Assembly (NCBI GenBank): GCA_002269645.1
Contig: NIVC01000290.1
Coordinates: 84,178 to 148,177 of the forward strand
DNA: 64,000 nt
Direction of reading: 5' to 3'
DNA from: Macrostomum lignano
Lineage: Eukaryota
The stretch's first letter is position 1. Each line of letters opens with the position of its first letter. Shown here in pieces: positions 30,612-42,900 of the stretch. Position numbers and translations under genes: made by a program. The notes beneath the pieces are model-generated. The model made no database searches and was not told where the DNA came from. It saw only the letters and a program-made list of their open reading frames with translations.

Positions 30612-32341
30612 CCCCGAGCCAGACTGGCACTTCGACCTGCAGGCCAACCTGACCGGACAGCAGCCGGACTGGCTGTGGAGAAGCGCCTCTACGAGGCCAT
30701 CTGGAACGCCCTGCCGCCCGTGATGATTCCCTGCGGCCTGGTCTGCAACGTCTGCGCCTTCCTGGTGCTGCTGCAGCCCCGCCTGCGTGGCCTGGTGGTG
30801 CACCTGCCGCTCACCGTGCTGTCCGTGGTCGACTGCGTCGTGCTGCTGATGGGGCTCCTGCGGCACTGGCTGCGGAAAGCGTCCTACTTCACCGAGAACT
30901 TCGGGAACAGCCTTGACCCGCAGACCCTGTGCACCGCCTGCTGTCCGGGTGAGCACAGGTTGGGATGAAGGACTCTGGCCGGATTTCAGTTGCTATGGGA
31001 CTTATCAAAATCACAGTTGCTATGGGATTGATCCAAATCACAGTTGCTATGGGATTGATCCAAATCACATTTGCTATGGGATTGATCCAAATCGCAGTTG
31101 CTATGGGATTGATCCAAATCGCAGTTGCTATGGGATTGATCCAAATCGCAGTTGCTATGGGATTGATCCAAATCGCAGTTGCTATGGGATTGATCCAAAT
31201 CACAGTTGCTATGGAATTGATCCAAATCGCAGTTGCTATGGGATTGATCCAAATCGCAGTTGCTATGGGATTGATCCAAATCACAGTTGCTATGGGATTG
31301 ATCCAAATCGCAGTTGCTATGGGATTGATCCAAATCACAGTTGCTATGGGACTGCAATGACTATCCAAATCACAGGTGCTATAGGACTGGTGACTATCCG
31401 AATCACAGTTGCTATGGAACTGATGTTGCACTTTATTGTAAAGCTGTGCATGCTCAGGACACGCGCACTCACTCACAATGCCCAACCCAGGATTCGAGCT
31501 GCTGCTGTACCTCAGCCTCATGTACTCCTCTTGGATCATCATGGTGATCGCACTGGAACGCTTCGTGACCATCTGCGTGATGCCGGGCAGCCGCGGCCGG
31601 GCCTTCCTGATCTCGAAGCGCGGCCTGATCATCGTGCTGTCTGCGGTGTTCGTCGTCCTGCTGGGCTGCAACCTGCACTTCCCCTTCACACGCTACCTGA
31701 ACCGCAACTCCAGCCGCTACGGCGAGTCCTGCGAGAACCGCGACGAGTTCCATCATTTTGTGGAGGCCGTGTTTCCCAGAATCGACCTGGCGCTCACCGC
31801 CTTCCTACCGTTTGCCGTCATCCTCGCCTGCAACCTCGCCATCATCGCCAAGCTGCGGGCGGTGCGACGCGCCTCCGTGCTGGGCAACGGGCAGTCCAAG
31901 CTGGCCAGCCACCGCACCACCGTCATGCTGCTGCTCACCAGCTTCACCTTCGTGCTGCTCACCTCGCCGGTCAAGCTCTACCTCACCGTGATCGGCGGCG
32001 CCTATCCGGACTGGCTGAGCGCGAGCTCCGACCCCGGCCTGTTCTACTCCTATCGGGTGCTCTGGTCCGCCCTGCTGGTGCTGCAGTTCACAAACCACTG
32101 CTGCAACTTCCTGTTGTACTGCGGCAGCAACCCGCAGTTCAGGCGGGAGGCGGCCCGACTCGCCCACAGCTGCTGCTGTCGCTGCTGGCCCCGCCGGATC
32201 GGCAACTCCGCGGCCGCCTCCTCCTTGGGTGGCCCGCAGTCAGCGAAGCAGCCGCACGGCCGGCTGCACCTGGCCGGAGGCTCGGCGTCCGGGACGGAGT
32301 CGCCTGCGGCCACGGCCGCCACCGCGGTGTCCCGGATGTGA
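30612..32341 (+). CDS. Class A (rhodopsin-like) GPCR, FMRFamide/peptide-receptor-like; exons about 30612-30948 and 31491-32341; N-terminus unresolved
   Basis: Seven hydrophobic segments. TM1 LPPVMIPCGLVCN, TM2 LTVLSVVD..LLRHW, TM3 ALERF, TM6 FTFVLLTSP and TM7 TNHCCNFLLY (the NFxxY variant typical of invertebrate peptide receptors). The phase-1 GT-AG intron joins in frame. Confidence 0.88.
30985..31420. repeat. 27-bp tandem repeat (CAGTTGCTATGGGATTGATCCAAATCG) in the GPCR intron
   Basis: Directly visible. Confidence 0.93.
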
Positions 32342-33678
32342 GCAATGCTCAGCAGGGATATGAGCACTCGCGATCTCTCGAAACGTCGATTTAGTGTACA
32401 TGTACGAGACGTACAGTACATGTAAAACACTGCAAATGTAAAGGCAGAAAGCTGGGCAAGTGGCAGCCAGCTACAGCACCCTAACCGATCGGTAGCAATT
32501 CCCGGGCCGCGGGTTGATTGGAGACGCCGAGACATTCCATGAATCCAACCGGTTAGCTGAGAGCGAGACAAATCTGTTTGATCTGGGAGGGAGCTTTAGA
32601 ATTGATAATACATGTAAGCCAGGATGTTTTCGCAATATTCCGCTAGGACCCCCCGGATGGGGATTTCCCGGCGTTTTTAGTAGACTGTTCCGACATGCCA
32701 CTCGTCGGCCTGGTCCTGACCTGCCCGTGCTTAAACGCAAGTTGACACTATTATTAGTAACCCTGCGAACAGGTACTGCTGACATGCTAGCTCGTACATG
32801 AAAATTTAGGCCACTATAGATTCTTGCAGCTCGCCCCTTTATTATACTATACCTGTGTTTGTTTCATACTGACTCGCTTAATCATTCACATAAAATTGAC
32901 AAAAATGTTCCCTAAGCATCCCAGTGGAGATGTGTACGCTGAGAGTTAACAGTAATTAGAGGGGCGAATTTAGTTCCTTTCATTCATTAAACTTCGATTA
33001 TCCATAATTAAGCTTTTACGAGCTAGAGTGCATGCAATTTCTATGGGGACAATGGAGCGGCCCAGTTTTGCATCCATCTCCTACCGGTACCAGCGCATTC
33101 TACAAAAATCTTTAGAAGCCCAAGAAAATCACTCCGGTGACAGCTGTCTTGAGCTGCTCCCGAGTTGCCAGTTCACTTCCTGCCCTGTTTCTATGGAGTT
33201 TTATTTAGACAGCAAGTTTCCGAAACGCTTTTTGACTGCTCAGGAAAGCAGGGATCCCTGTATTTAGCCAAGACAAATAACGGGCCACCGTGAGTTCAGT
33301 TTCACTATGTAAACAGTGAATGAGCAAATTGTCTTTAGCGATTCTTATGCAAACTGTTAACCCTGAATTCTGTGTGCAATACGCCAACACCGACCAGCTT
33401 CCTGGTGTCTGCAACTGTATTTGCGGACCTAAATTTCTCTTTAGAGTATCCGGTGTATGAAGGCTCCTTGTTAACTTCATTATGCTTTTCTTATTCAAGA
33501 TGCCATTTTCTGCAGAGATTACAGACTCGTAGTTTTTGCATGCAGAAGAAACTAGAATCTCATAATAAATTCATCATGGAAAGACAGCCAACTCATTAAT
33601 AATTTAATGTACGTCATCTTATAAATTTATGATAATTCTTTGGATGATTATTCTGTAGCGACTGACAAAGCTTGCTAC

Positions 33679-34188
33679 GGGTCGCTTTCACAAACCCTAA
33701 ATTTCACGTCGCAAGACAAACTTTTGTAAGCTCTAAACTTCATAAACCCTATATTTCACGTCGAAAAGTTGTGCACACTATTTCACAAGCCCTAAATTTC
33801 ACAACGCCTAAAACCACTATGGAGATACAATCTTTCTACAATCTTCTGTATCTCCATAGTGTTTTTAGGCGTTGTGAAATTCTGTGCATGCCTTTTAGGT
33901 GTTATGAAATTTAGGGCTTGTGAAATTCTGTGCATGCCTTTTAGGTGTTATGAAATTTAGGGCTTGTGAAATTCTGTGCATGCCTTTTAGGTGTTATGAA
34001 ATTTAGGGCTTGTGAAATTCTGTGCATGCCTTTTAGGTGTTATGAAATTTAGGGCTTGTGAAATTTAGGTTGTGAAATCTGCTGCATTGCTTATTTTCGA
34101 CGTTGTGAAAATTAGAATTTATGGAATATAGGTCTTATGAAAGGTTCTGGTTCTGACGTTGTGAAAATTAGGGTTTGTGAAACGACCC
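33679..34188. mobile_element. Foldback-like MITE (about 510 bp) with modular TIRs, central hairpin and internal 46-bp tandem repeat
   Basis: Left end GGGTCGCTTTCACAAACCCTAAATTTCAC matches the reverse complement of right end GTGAAAATTAGGGTTTGTGAAACGACCC. Inner inverted repeat ATTTCACAACGCCTAAAA(C/A)CACTATGGAGATACA at about 33795-33880. Four 46-bp units at 33882-34070. TSD is not clean. Confidence 0.75.
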
Positions 34189-36755
34189 TCTTGCTTACGT
34201 ATGCGCGCGGAGAGTGTATTTCGCAGAGCGTAAAAAGGTGAAGCGTAGAATGGGGATACAAAGAGCCTTATAGTAGGCAAGAGCGGTATGAGTCTTTGTT
34301 CCCCCTAGCCCTCAGACACGCAGATCCCACAGAGGGTGAGTCAACCAATTGGGGCTTGGCCAAGGATTTCTCTATAACTTTAGAATTAGATAAAATTCGT
34401 GTAAAACTAGTTTTGTGGGGAATACTGGGCTAGAATAACGCTCGTTGGTGGGCCTAAGTTGGTACGAAAAAAACTAAGAATTATTTTAGCGTAGAAGCTG
34501 CAATCAAAGAAACAGTTAAACAGATTGATAAAATGACACGTTAGCAAAATATAGTTAGTGCGCAAGCACTGAAAGTGTTTACATAAATGCAGTAAAATCA
34601 CATGCAATCCTGCTCAAAAGTTTATTTTGAGTTTATGTAACAAACGGTATGCGTAAAATTGCTAGTCTAGTTAATAGAAGTCTCAGACAGCTCAGCAAAG
34701 ACGTCACTTGTTGAGCACGGGAACCACAGATGTCGCAGAACTCTAAAAGTGCAAAGAGAATGAGCAAGTTGTGCAATGATCAAAGACAATCACTAATTGG
34801 CGATACTAAAAAACTGATGTTCGAAAAGCAAAATCAGCAGGCATTAGCTATGCAACAGCGGCCACAATAGGTTAAGCTGGCTTCAGTCGGCACTTCCTAT
34901 TACCAAGGTTCATCATTAATAATTGTTTACAACTTCATCCCAGTTGGATCACTGACAGGTAAAACATGAATGCACGATTTGCAATAATTACTTACCAGTT
35001 ACTGGAATCCAGCAGGTCATGACTGGATTATCTGGAAAATAAGCAGTCAGTGAATGCACTATCAATGCAGCAGTGAAGATTAGCGATTTACATATGATAA
35101 AAGCTTAAAGTAGTATAAATAGTTGTATCAGATGGCAATTATATGCAACAGCTGCCACAATAGAGTAACTGGCTTCAGTCGGCACTTCCTATTACCAAGG
35201 CTCATCATTAACTGGCTTCGATCGGACTGCATAATACAGTAACTACAATTATTTTATTACTCATACTTACAATAATAAATACAACAATCACTTACCAGTG
35301 CAATGGATCTGCCAAAAAGGATTCGAACTGGGCTGCAACTATCCCAGATACTCAGACTGGACTGCCATCTTCAGATATACTGGCTGTAAAATCTAAAAAG
35401 AAATACAAAAATAAATGAAAAATCAGTTACAGCATTAAACTGGCACAATAAGTCAATTTTATACTTTAGTCTTTAAGAATCTATATCAGATGGCAATTAT
35501 ATGCAACAAGTGCCACAATAGAATAACTGGCTTCAGTCGGCACTTCCTATTACCAAGGCTCATCATAAAATAACCTAGTGATTTCTTGCATGTTTATCTA
35601 AGTGAAACTATAGGTACTATATAATAAACAAGATAAAGTAAAAATCAACCTAAACTTACCAAAAAAGCTGTACATCTTAATACTCTTAATAGCCAAGTAA
35701 CTTCTTGTCAAGTTGACTGAATTGGTTATTATTAGCAGCAGATCTTGAGTTGAAAATGTGCAGAAATAAAAATGAAACAAACAAATAGAAAACCAATTGC
35801 CATTATAAAAATGCTACAAAAATAAGATGTTGTTTTGTTTGAATCTATGCTAACATATATAGGCCTATTCAAATGTCTAATCCTAAATTTAAATTTAATA
35901 TTTTCGAAAATATCCCAATAATGAATAAGATTTGTACAATGGTCAATAGAATGCAAATATTCAAATATTTTCCAAATTAAATAATCTGAGTAGACCCCCT
36001 AGCCCTACTAATACTAATAGGCAAAATATGTAGAAGCAGTTATAGTCTCTTAGAAGGCTAGTTTTAGATTCATATGAAAATTATATATTATTGTTTAACT
36101 TTGCAAAATGTTTTCAGTATACAATCTTTGTTATAAGTATACCCAAAAGTTTAGTATAAATATAAGCTACGTTTGAGGAGGAAAAGCAACTTATTCATTT
36201 GTGAAAGCTCAAGCTTAACCATTAAACTTGTTCACTAAATTCATTTTCAGATTTATAAAGTGTAAATCATTTTGCAGTAAAAATCCTAAGTGTTAAGAAA
36301 GATTTGCTAAAGGAAAGAAACTAGGAGCACATGTAAAAGGGATACTAAAAGTAATACTATGACCTTTAAATCTTACTAATGCCCAGACTAGAGAATAGGA
36401 ATTCCAGTTTTTTGCCCCCAAACTGTTTTGGCCATGGACATTTCGCCTCCAGACCATTTTGCCCATAAACCAGTTTGGCTATAGGCTTGGCCAAAATGGT
36501 GATTATGTAATTTAGAGATACAGCCATACATATATCTTTCTTTTCTTTTTTAATGCTATTTTTTAGTTTTAATGTATAAAAATGATGATCTAAATTGTTG
36601 CTACAACAATTGTGTTATTGCAATTTTGTTTATTATGATACAAATTATTACAAGTTTTTAAAAGGGGTCTCCCTAAAACACACCCCATACTACCCTGCAG
36701 TGCTATACATTAAAACAAATTGGACTATAACTGAAGACATTTCAAAATGCATTTA

Positions 36756-37425
36756 CAAGGACCACTAGAAGTTACCATTGTATCAGGACATAAAACTTGT
36801 AAATATTGTAAAATTATTTGAGGGCCCACTTGTTTGCATGTATTTATCAGTACTTGCTTTCAAAAAAGCATCTACTTGACTTGAGTCAACTGTTTTAAAG
36901 AAGCATGCACTATATTTGAGCCTAAGAAGCTGCATATAATATGTGTATTTATAGTTTATTTAGGCTATAATCAAGATATTTTGAGTAATTATATCATTAT
37001 ATGCAACTTGTTTGAATATTTCCTAAGGTTTTATGCAGACAGCAGATACTGCTAGTAGGCCCTAATAGCACTATGAATTCGACAAAGCTTGAGAAAAGCA
37101 TTAGAAGGGCTTCTAACTAACTTACTATCAACCAGAAAGTAATTTAACCAATAGGTCTATATTTTTTATAACTTATAAGCTTAGCCTTTACACTTTAGCT
37201 AGCTATGACAGTTAGGCTATCATGACATTAGGGTAGGGATATCATACTAAAACTCCAACAGCTACTAGGCTTACACCTAGGCCTACCATGATTATTAGGC
37301 CTAGTTATTATTATTATTAGGCCTACTATTATTATTACTGGAGACTAGGACTAATTCATGCACTCATGCTTAATATTAGTATAGACAAGTTTAAAATATG
37401 ATAGTTTATTTGTTTTTAATGTATA
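36756..37425 (+). mobile_element. Older truncated copy of the P-element 5' end (inverted relative to 45650-46328)
   Basis: Starts CAAGGACCACTAGAAGTTACC and aligns over about 670 bp to the reverse complement of the right end of the 39928-46328 element, with scattered substitutions. No partner TIR or matching TSD was found. Confidence 0.8.
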
Positions 37426-38273
37426 TAATGTTTATTTGTTACCTTTTAATGTATATAAAGGTAAAGAACATTTTAAAGGTAGAAACAAACTGGTAGTTAT
37501 AATAAATAATAGTAAGATTTTAATAAGTCAAGATTAGGCCTATTTATAAAAACATTACAAAAATGTATCTTACTAATGGTCTTTGACTTTAGCCAAATAT
37601 ATTATAACCTACAAAATATTAACAATTGAAGATATAAAGTGTTTTTAACTTTGAATATTTGCAATTACAATTTGCAATTACAATATATTAGTATAAGGTC
37701 TGCCTAGGCACCACACTCTAGATCATGTAATATATATTGAAAATTTAGATATACATTGGCTTTGCACTTTTAAAATTCTTATTGGTAGTCTTACCCCTAC
37801 TAATAGGCCATAGTACTTTTATAGACAATATAGCTATAATAACCCCCACTCTTGTATCTTATATATATATATATACACTAGAAAACTCTAGTATACAACA
37901 GACTAGAAAAAATGGTTGACAAAAAGTATCTAGCAATAAAAAAATCTACTAGAAAATTATGCTACAGAACTAATATATGGGTATTTCTTTTTAATGACAG
38001 TCGTGACTATGGTGTCTAATTTAGTGAATAAAATTGCCTAATTGTTACAGGTGACTCTAAAAATGGCTTACCATCAATATATAGGAAGCTATATGTCAGA
38101 TTACAAGGCTTACTCTCCTACATACTGTCTAGCAAATTTTTTATTAAAGAAAGATAGACGTGATGGTTGTGATGTATAGAAATTCACATTGTGTAGGAAA
38201 AAATGTTTGTTGCATTTTTTCATCAAAAAGATGACAGAATTTGCAATGCATGGCACTATTTATTATTAAGAAT

Positions 38274-38550
38274 CCTGATTGCAGCGCATGGGCATTTTGG
38301 CGGACGGCGTCCGGCGCGGATCTAATACGGCGCGGCGCGGCGCATACGCGCGCGGCGATTAGTACGGCGCGGCGCAGTACTAATTAGATGCCGAGGCATT
38401 TAGGCTTGATAAGACAGTCATAGTTACTCCTGCCGTTTACCCAAAACTGCGTTAACTTTGCTTTAGGTTTCTTTCACAGGTAAGTCATTTCACAGCGTGG
38501 CGCAGGTTGTGTAGGCGTCTGGCGTACTTAAGCCATGCGCTGCAATAGGG
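38274..38550. mobile_element. 277-bp TIR element (piggyBac- or hAT-like MITE) carrying a 28S rRNA fragment
   Basis: 18-bp TIRs CC(TG/CT)ATTGCAGCGCATGG with 2 mismatches. TTAAGAAT on both sides (38266-38273, 38551-38558). Internal 28S-like segment. Confidence 0.75.
38379..38442 (-). other. 64-bp degenerate fragment of eukaryotic 28S rRNA (R2/I-PpoI/Pokey target region); not an rRNA gene
   Basis: Minus strand GGGTAAACGGCAGGAGTAACTATGACTGTCTTATCAAGCCTAAATGCCTCGGCATCTAATTAGT versus the recalled conserved 28S GGGTAAACGGCGGGAGTAACTATGACTCTCTTAAGGTAGCCAAATGCCTCGTCATCTAATTAGT. About 57 of 64 positions match by hand alignment. Confidence 0.85.
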
Positions 38551-39037
38551 TTAAGAATGAGTAGCACTTTGACTGTTGAGAAGCATTATAGCATTAGACA
38601 TGTGCATTAACCAAAAAAATCTAACTTGTTTAAACTGACAGTTGTACCATGATGGTTGTGACATTTCAGAATTTTAACAAAAATCGTTACTTTTTGTATA
38701 AGAAACCGTGTAAAATATTGATTGTGGCACTTTATTTGTCTAAGTACTTACACATCAATGATTATTCTACTTCTTTATTTCAGATTCGATCATGCTCTGG
38801 CCATCATTCTGCAGTGCTGGGCAATAATGGTACCGGCCTGATGACAACAGAGGTAAAGCTGACTGACATTAAGATATTGCATTGATTGAAATATATTGTG
38901 AACAATTTGGATACTTACAAATTACTCATATTGACTGACAGCAAAAGCAACCTTCAACAATGGGCTAATTTGGCTTGCATTTGTTTTTTTTGTAGCCAGT
39001 GAGTGATGCATGTGAGCAGTGTACCAGTACTTAAAGT

Positions 39038-39469
39038 TCAAAGATTGGAAAACTTGAAGTGGCCTCGTGCATCCACTGGTTCAGGAGGCGTAATTTTGCA
39101 CAGGACATCACTTTCCTGGTAGTAAATTGCATCCTTTCTTTTGGGCCAGATATAGTGCAGTGGCCCTCGCTTGTTCATTACATTCACTTTGAAGTGACGC
39201 GAACCATCGTCATCAATGACCTTTGTGACCTGCTCAGGGTACTGCTGCTCATTGTACACAACTAGCACCCAATCACCAACGATTACTTGGGCGAGAGAGG
39301 CTTGTAGATTGTTTGATGGCTCTAGCTGCTCCCTCAGTTGTTCAGGCTCTCTTTCGGGCTGCACAGCAACTGCAGGGGTAGGAATGTCAGTCACCGAATA
39401 GGGTGAGCAGAAGACATTAGGTTGCGTTACATCAGTACACCAGAAGTGTTGGCCTTTGATGCCTGGTAC
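39038..39469 (-). pseudogene. Terminal exon of a DNA-transposon-associated ORF (VPG..H motif plus Tudor/SH3-like domain; possibly Sola2-like)
   Basis: Acceptor at 39470-39471, then VPGIKGQHFW..GDWVLVVY..QYPEQV..VNVM..WPKRKDAIYY..ITPP..RGHFKF. I recognise this pattern from C-termini of invertebrate transposase-like proteins. The superfamily is tentative. Confidence 0.5.
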
Positions 39470-39927
39470 CTACATGTAAAAAAGATTTGATAATGCATTG
39501 AGTTCTCTGCTGCTGTTTTCACCATGGCTGATCAGCTAGAATCAGTGGCTGAAATGATCAGTTCTAGAATGAGAAATGATACCTAGGCCTAGCTCAAAAA
39601 CATTGATTGCAAATCTGTAATTACATAACACAATTCTTTTGTTAAAAAAACAAATTTTTCAATACCTTGGGGATGCTGGCTACGCTTAAATGATGGTCGT
39701 GACATGATGGTTGCACTTATCTTTGATGCTTTTTTTCCAATGAAAGGATGACTCTATATTAATAATTTTTAATAATTGTCTAACTATTAATGAACTAAAT
39801 ACAATTGAATTGTTTTGATAAGAACTGATTTCCCGATTTATCCAAGACAAAACTATATTGATGTAAAATCTGATGGTTGCACTTTTACACTGCTGCAACT
39901 TTGTTAGTGTTCCCCACAACATACAAT

Positions 39928-42900
39928 CAAGGACCACTAGAAGTTACCGTTGTATCAGGACGCAACACTCGTAAATATTGCAAAATTATTTGAAGGCCCG
40001 CTTGTTTGCATTGCAGCTTAACTTTAAATGCTCATAACTCCGGACTGGTTGCACTTTGAAAGATAATTTTTTCGCCAGGTTGCTCGAAATTTTGTTCTCT
40101 TAAACATATAACAAACTTTAGCGCTATATCTACATGTAGGAGCGGCGGGCGTACAGTAAAGTAACGGCAATACACAATATTTCATTGCATACAAAATGAA
40201 TAAAGTTTCAGTTACTTCAATTATTGCCTCCTAGTCTCGATAAAGTAGCAGACCATACAACATACTCTGTAGTTGGAAGCTTTATAAAGCGGATAATCTG
40301 TACAGAGTTCAGTGGGCTGCAAAGGCGTCACTTCACTATCAAAAACCAGTATTATAAAAATCAGAAAGGCGCAGTATTTTTGAAATCTTGGCACACCTGC
40401 CCAACAAGAACTCCAACATTCATAATCTTTCTTTTGCTGTTCAAATGAACAGTAGGAGTCAAATAAAACTTGTACAGTAGCACAACTTTATTTGTATTTA
40501 AGTTCAATTTCGATATAAAAACCTCTAATTTCATAAAGAATACATGCGAAATAAGAAAACAAAGTCAAAAAGCAACAATAAGCCAATGTATTTTAAACTT
40601 AAACTTTCATACCAATCAAGTCATTCTGTCTAAAAAATCTCTTAAAATCACAAAGCATAATGAATCACAGTACTTCACCATGTTAGCTCAGCAGACATTG
40701 ATGGATGAACATCTAGATTGGATGATTTGGCACACCTGAAATGAAACCAATTTGGGATTAATAAATACCTGCTTTGCAATGAACAACAAAACAAGCCTTG
40801 TTTTGAGTAAATGAATACATTTTCTCTATAACCTAATATGTATGAAACAAAGCTTAAACCATCAAATCACAGCTGGTTTAACTAACATGAAACTGACAAA
40901 CTAACAAATTAAAGTACATTGAATATGGATATAAAGGTAATGATAATAAGAAACTGTAGTTAAACTAAACAAACATCTCAACCGTCAATCTGCAACATTT
41001 TTAAACAATATGGTTCATAAAATAATTGTCAATGACAAGACTAACAACCTACTTATTGCACTGATGAAAAACAAGATAAGGTTTACAATCTTGTATAAAG
41101 ATAGTTAGAACAATAGCTTTAGATAAGTCTATAAATGGTATACATCCGGCTATATAGAATTGTCTTAGGCCTAATAAATAAGGAAAGAGAATTATACACA
41201 TTTAGACTTCAAAGTATATTCAATTGTGAATTTATATACTCTAATATATTGCTGTATTGACAACAAAAAACTATAACAAACTATAAGCCATGTTGCTAGG
41301 AATGCTAGTTAAACAAACAAATAAATCTTACACATTGTTTACACATTGTCTATAACACTGTGTAAAACTATATTTGTCTTTAGACTAAAATGTTTTTTTC
41401 CTATTTGTCATTCTAATGTATAGTAAAAAATAGTACTCCTTTACCCTTGACTTCAGTTTTGAACATATAACTTCAGCTTAGTGAAATGATATAATTAATC
41501 TAATCCAAATCAAATCTAATCTAATTCTATAATTCTATTCAGTATAGCAAAAATGAGTGTCTTGTTCTAAAGTGGTATTGGTAAATGATTTACTTAAACA
41601 GCATAGCTCAACCAATTTTGAAGCATTTAACTTCACTTAGCTATAAAATCAACAATCAGGTAACTAGAATACAAAAAAATAATCAACAGACTTATTAATG
41701 ACTTTTAAAAACAATTTTTGCATGTAAAGGGTAATAGATGCCTACAAAATTATAAACAAAACTGTACATTTGACAAAACTGTCAACAATTTTCTAACAAA
41801 CAGTAGAATGTTAGCCTGTAAGTAATTAAATAGATGCCTACAAAAATATGAACAAAACTGTACATTTGACAAAACTGTCAACAACTTTCTAACAAACAGT
41901 AGAATGTTATCCTGTAAGTAATTAAATAGATGCCTCCAAAAATATGAACAAAACTGTTCAAACTTTTTAATAGACTCAACTAACTTAAGCAAACTTAAAT
42001 TGATACAAAAGCTTGCAATAAATTATAGCTATCCCCAAAGTATATAAAAAATTCATGGGCTTCAAGAAATACATCTGAGTATGCCAGCAATTGGTCAACT
42101 AGCCAGAGTGTGATAATAAAGAATGTAGCAAATCATTCATGTTGTAGTTTACGTAGTCTACGTCCATTGGCATTGAAAGTATGCCGAGGTATCTCTGATG
42201 ACTTACGCACTAGGCCTTTGAAAAAAGTATTTGCAAGCCGGCGAGCAATAGATGATAGTTGATCCTTTTGAATATCAAAGTCAACAAGTGACTCAAAAGT
42301 ATATAGAAAAAGGCGAATTGTATGGCTGGCACACTTCAGTGACATCATACCAAAGAGTGAGTAGCACATTGATGCATAGACAATTAGCCATTCAGGAGGA
42401 TGTTGCAATTTTCCTCTAGATAAAAGGTTAGTAAACTCACTATCTGGTGCCTGTACAGTTTGAGCAGGAAATACTTCAGGCACTTCTAAGGACTCCTTCA
42501 TTGAAATATAGCCGCAGATATAATACAGAGTTACTCTTTCATCCAGTGATACCTCTTCAATTTGGCCTGGCAAATTATCAATTAACTCAATCTCTTCAAA
42601 TGACATTGTGCCAGTACAACAGCTGTCTTGTGCTTGGCAGTTCATAGATGGTGCATCAATTTGCAGGTCTGCATACAGTTGCATTCTTCGTAGGCGGGCT
42701 GAGAGCATTATCTGCTCAACTGATATATAATAGCAGCCCCCATGTCCTTGTCTGTAAATAGAAAATTCTCCTTCAAGTCTGTCTGATTGAAGCTCACCTA
42801 GAGAATGTGTATAAATAAAAATTAAATGACTCACTTACTTTGAAAAGGTACTTTTATCTAAATCAACTTTCACTACTTACTGGTATACACTTATTCTTAC

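Noticed and set aside
32471-32801. Overlapping about 100-aa ORFs after the GPCR
   Set aside because: No homology signal. Likely 3' UTR or intergenic.
34640-34670. AAATTGCTAGT as a + strand Helitron 3' end
   Set aside because: There is no upstream GC hairpin and no matching 5' end.
38379-38442. rRNA gene
   Set aside because: Only 64 bp match 28S. The flanks are unrelated and bounded by TIRs.
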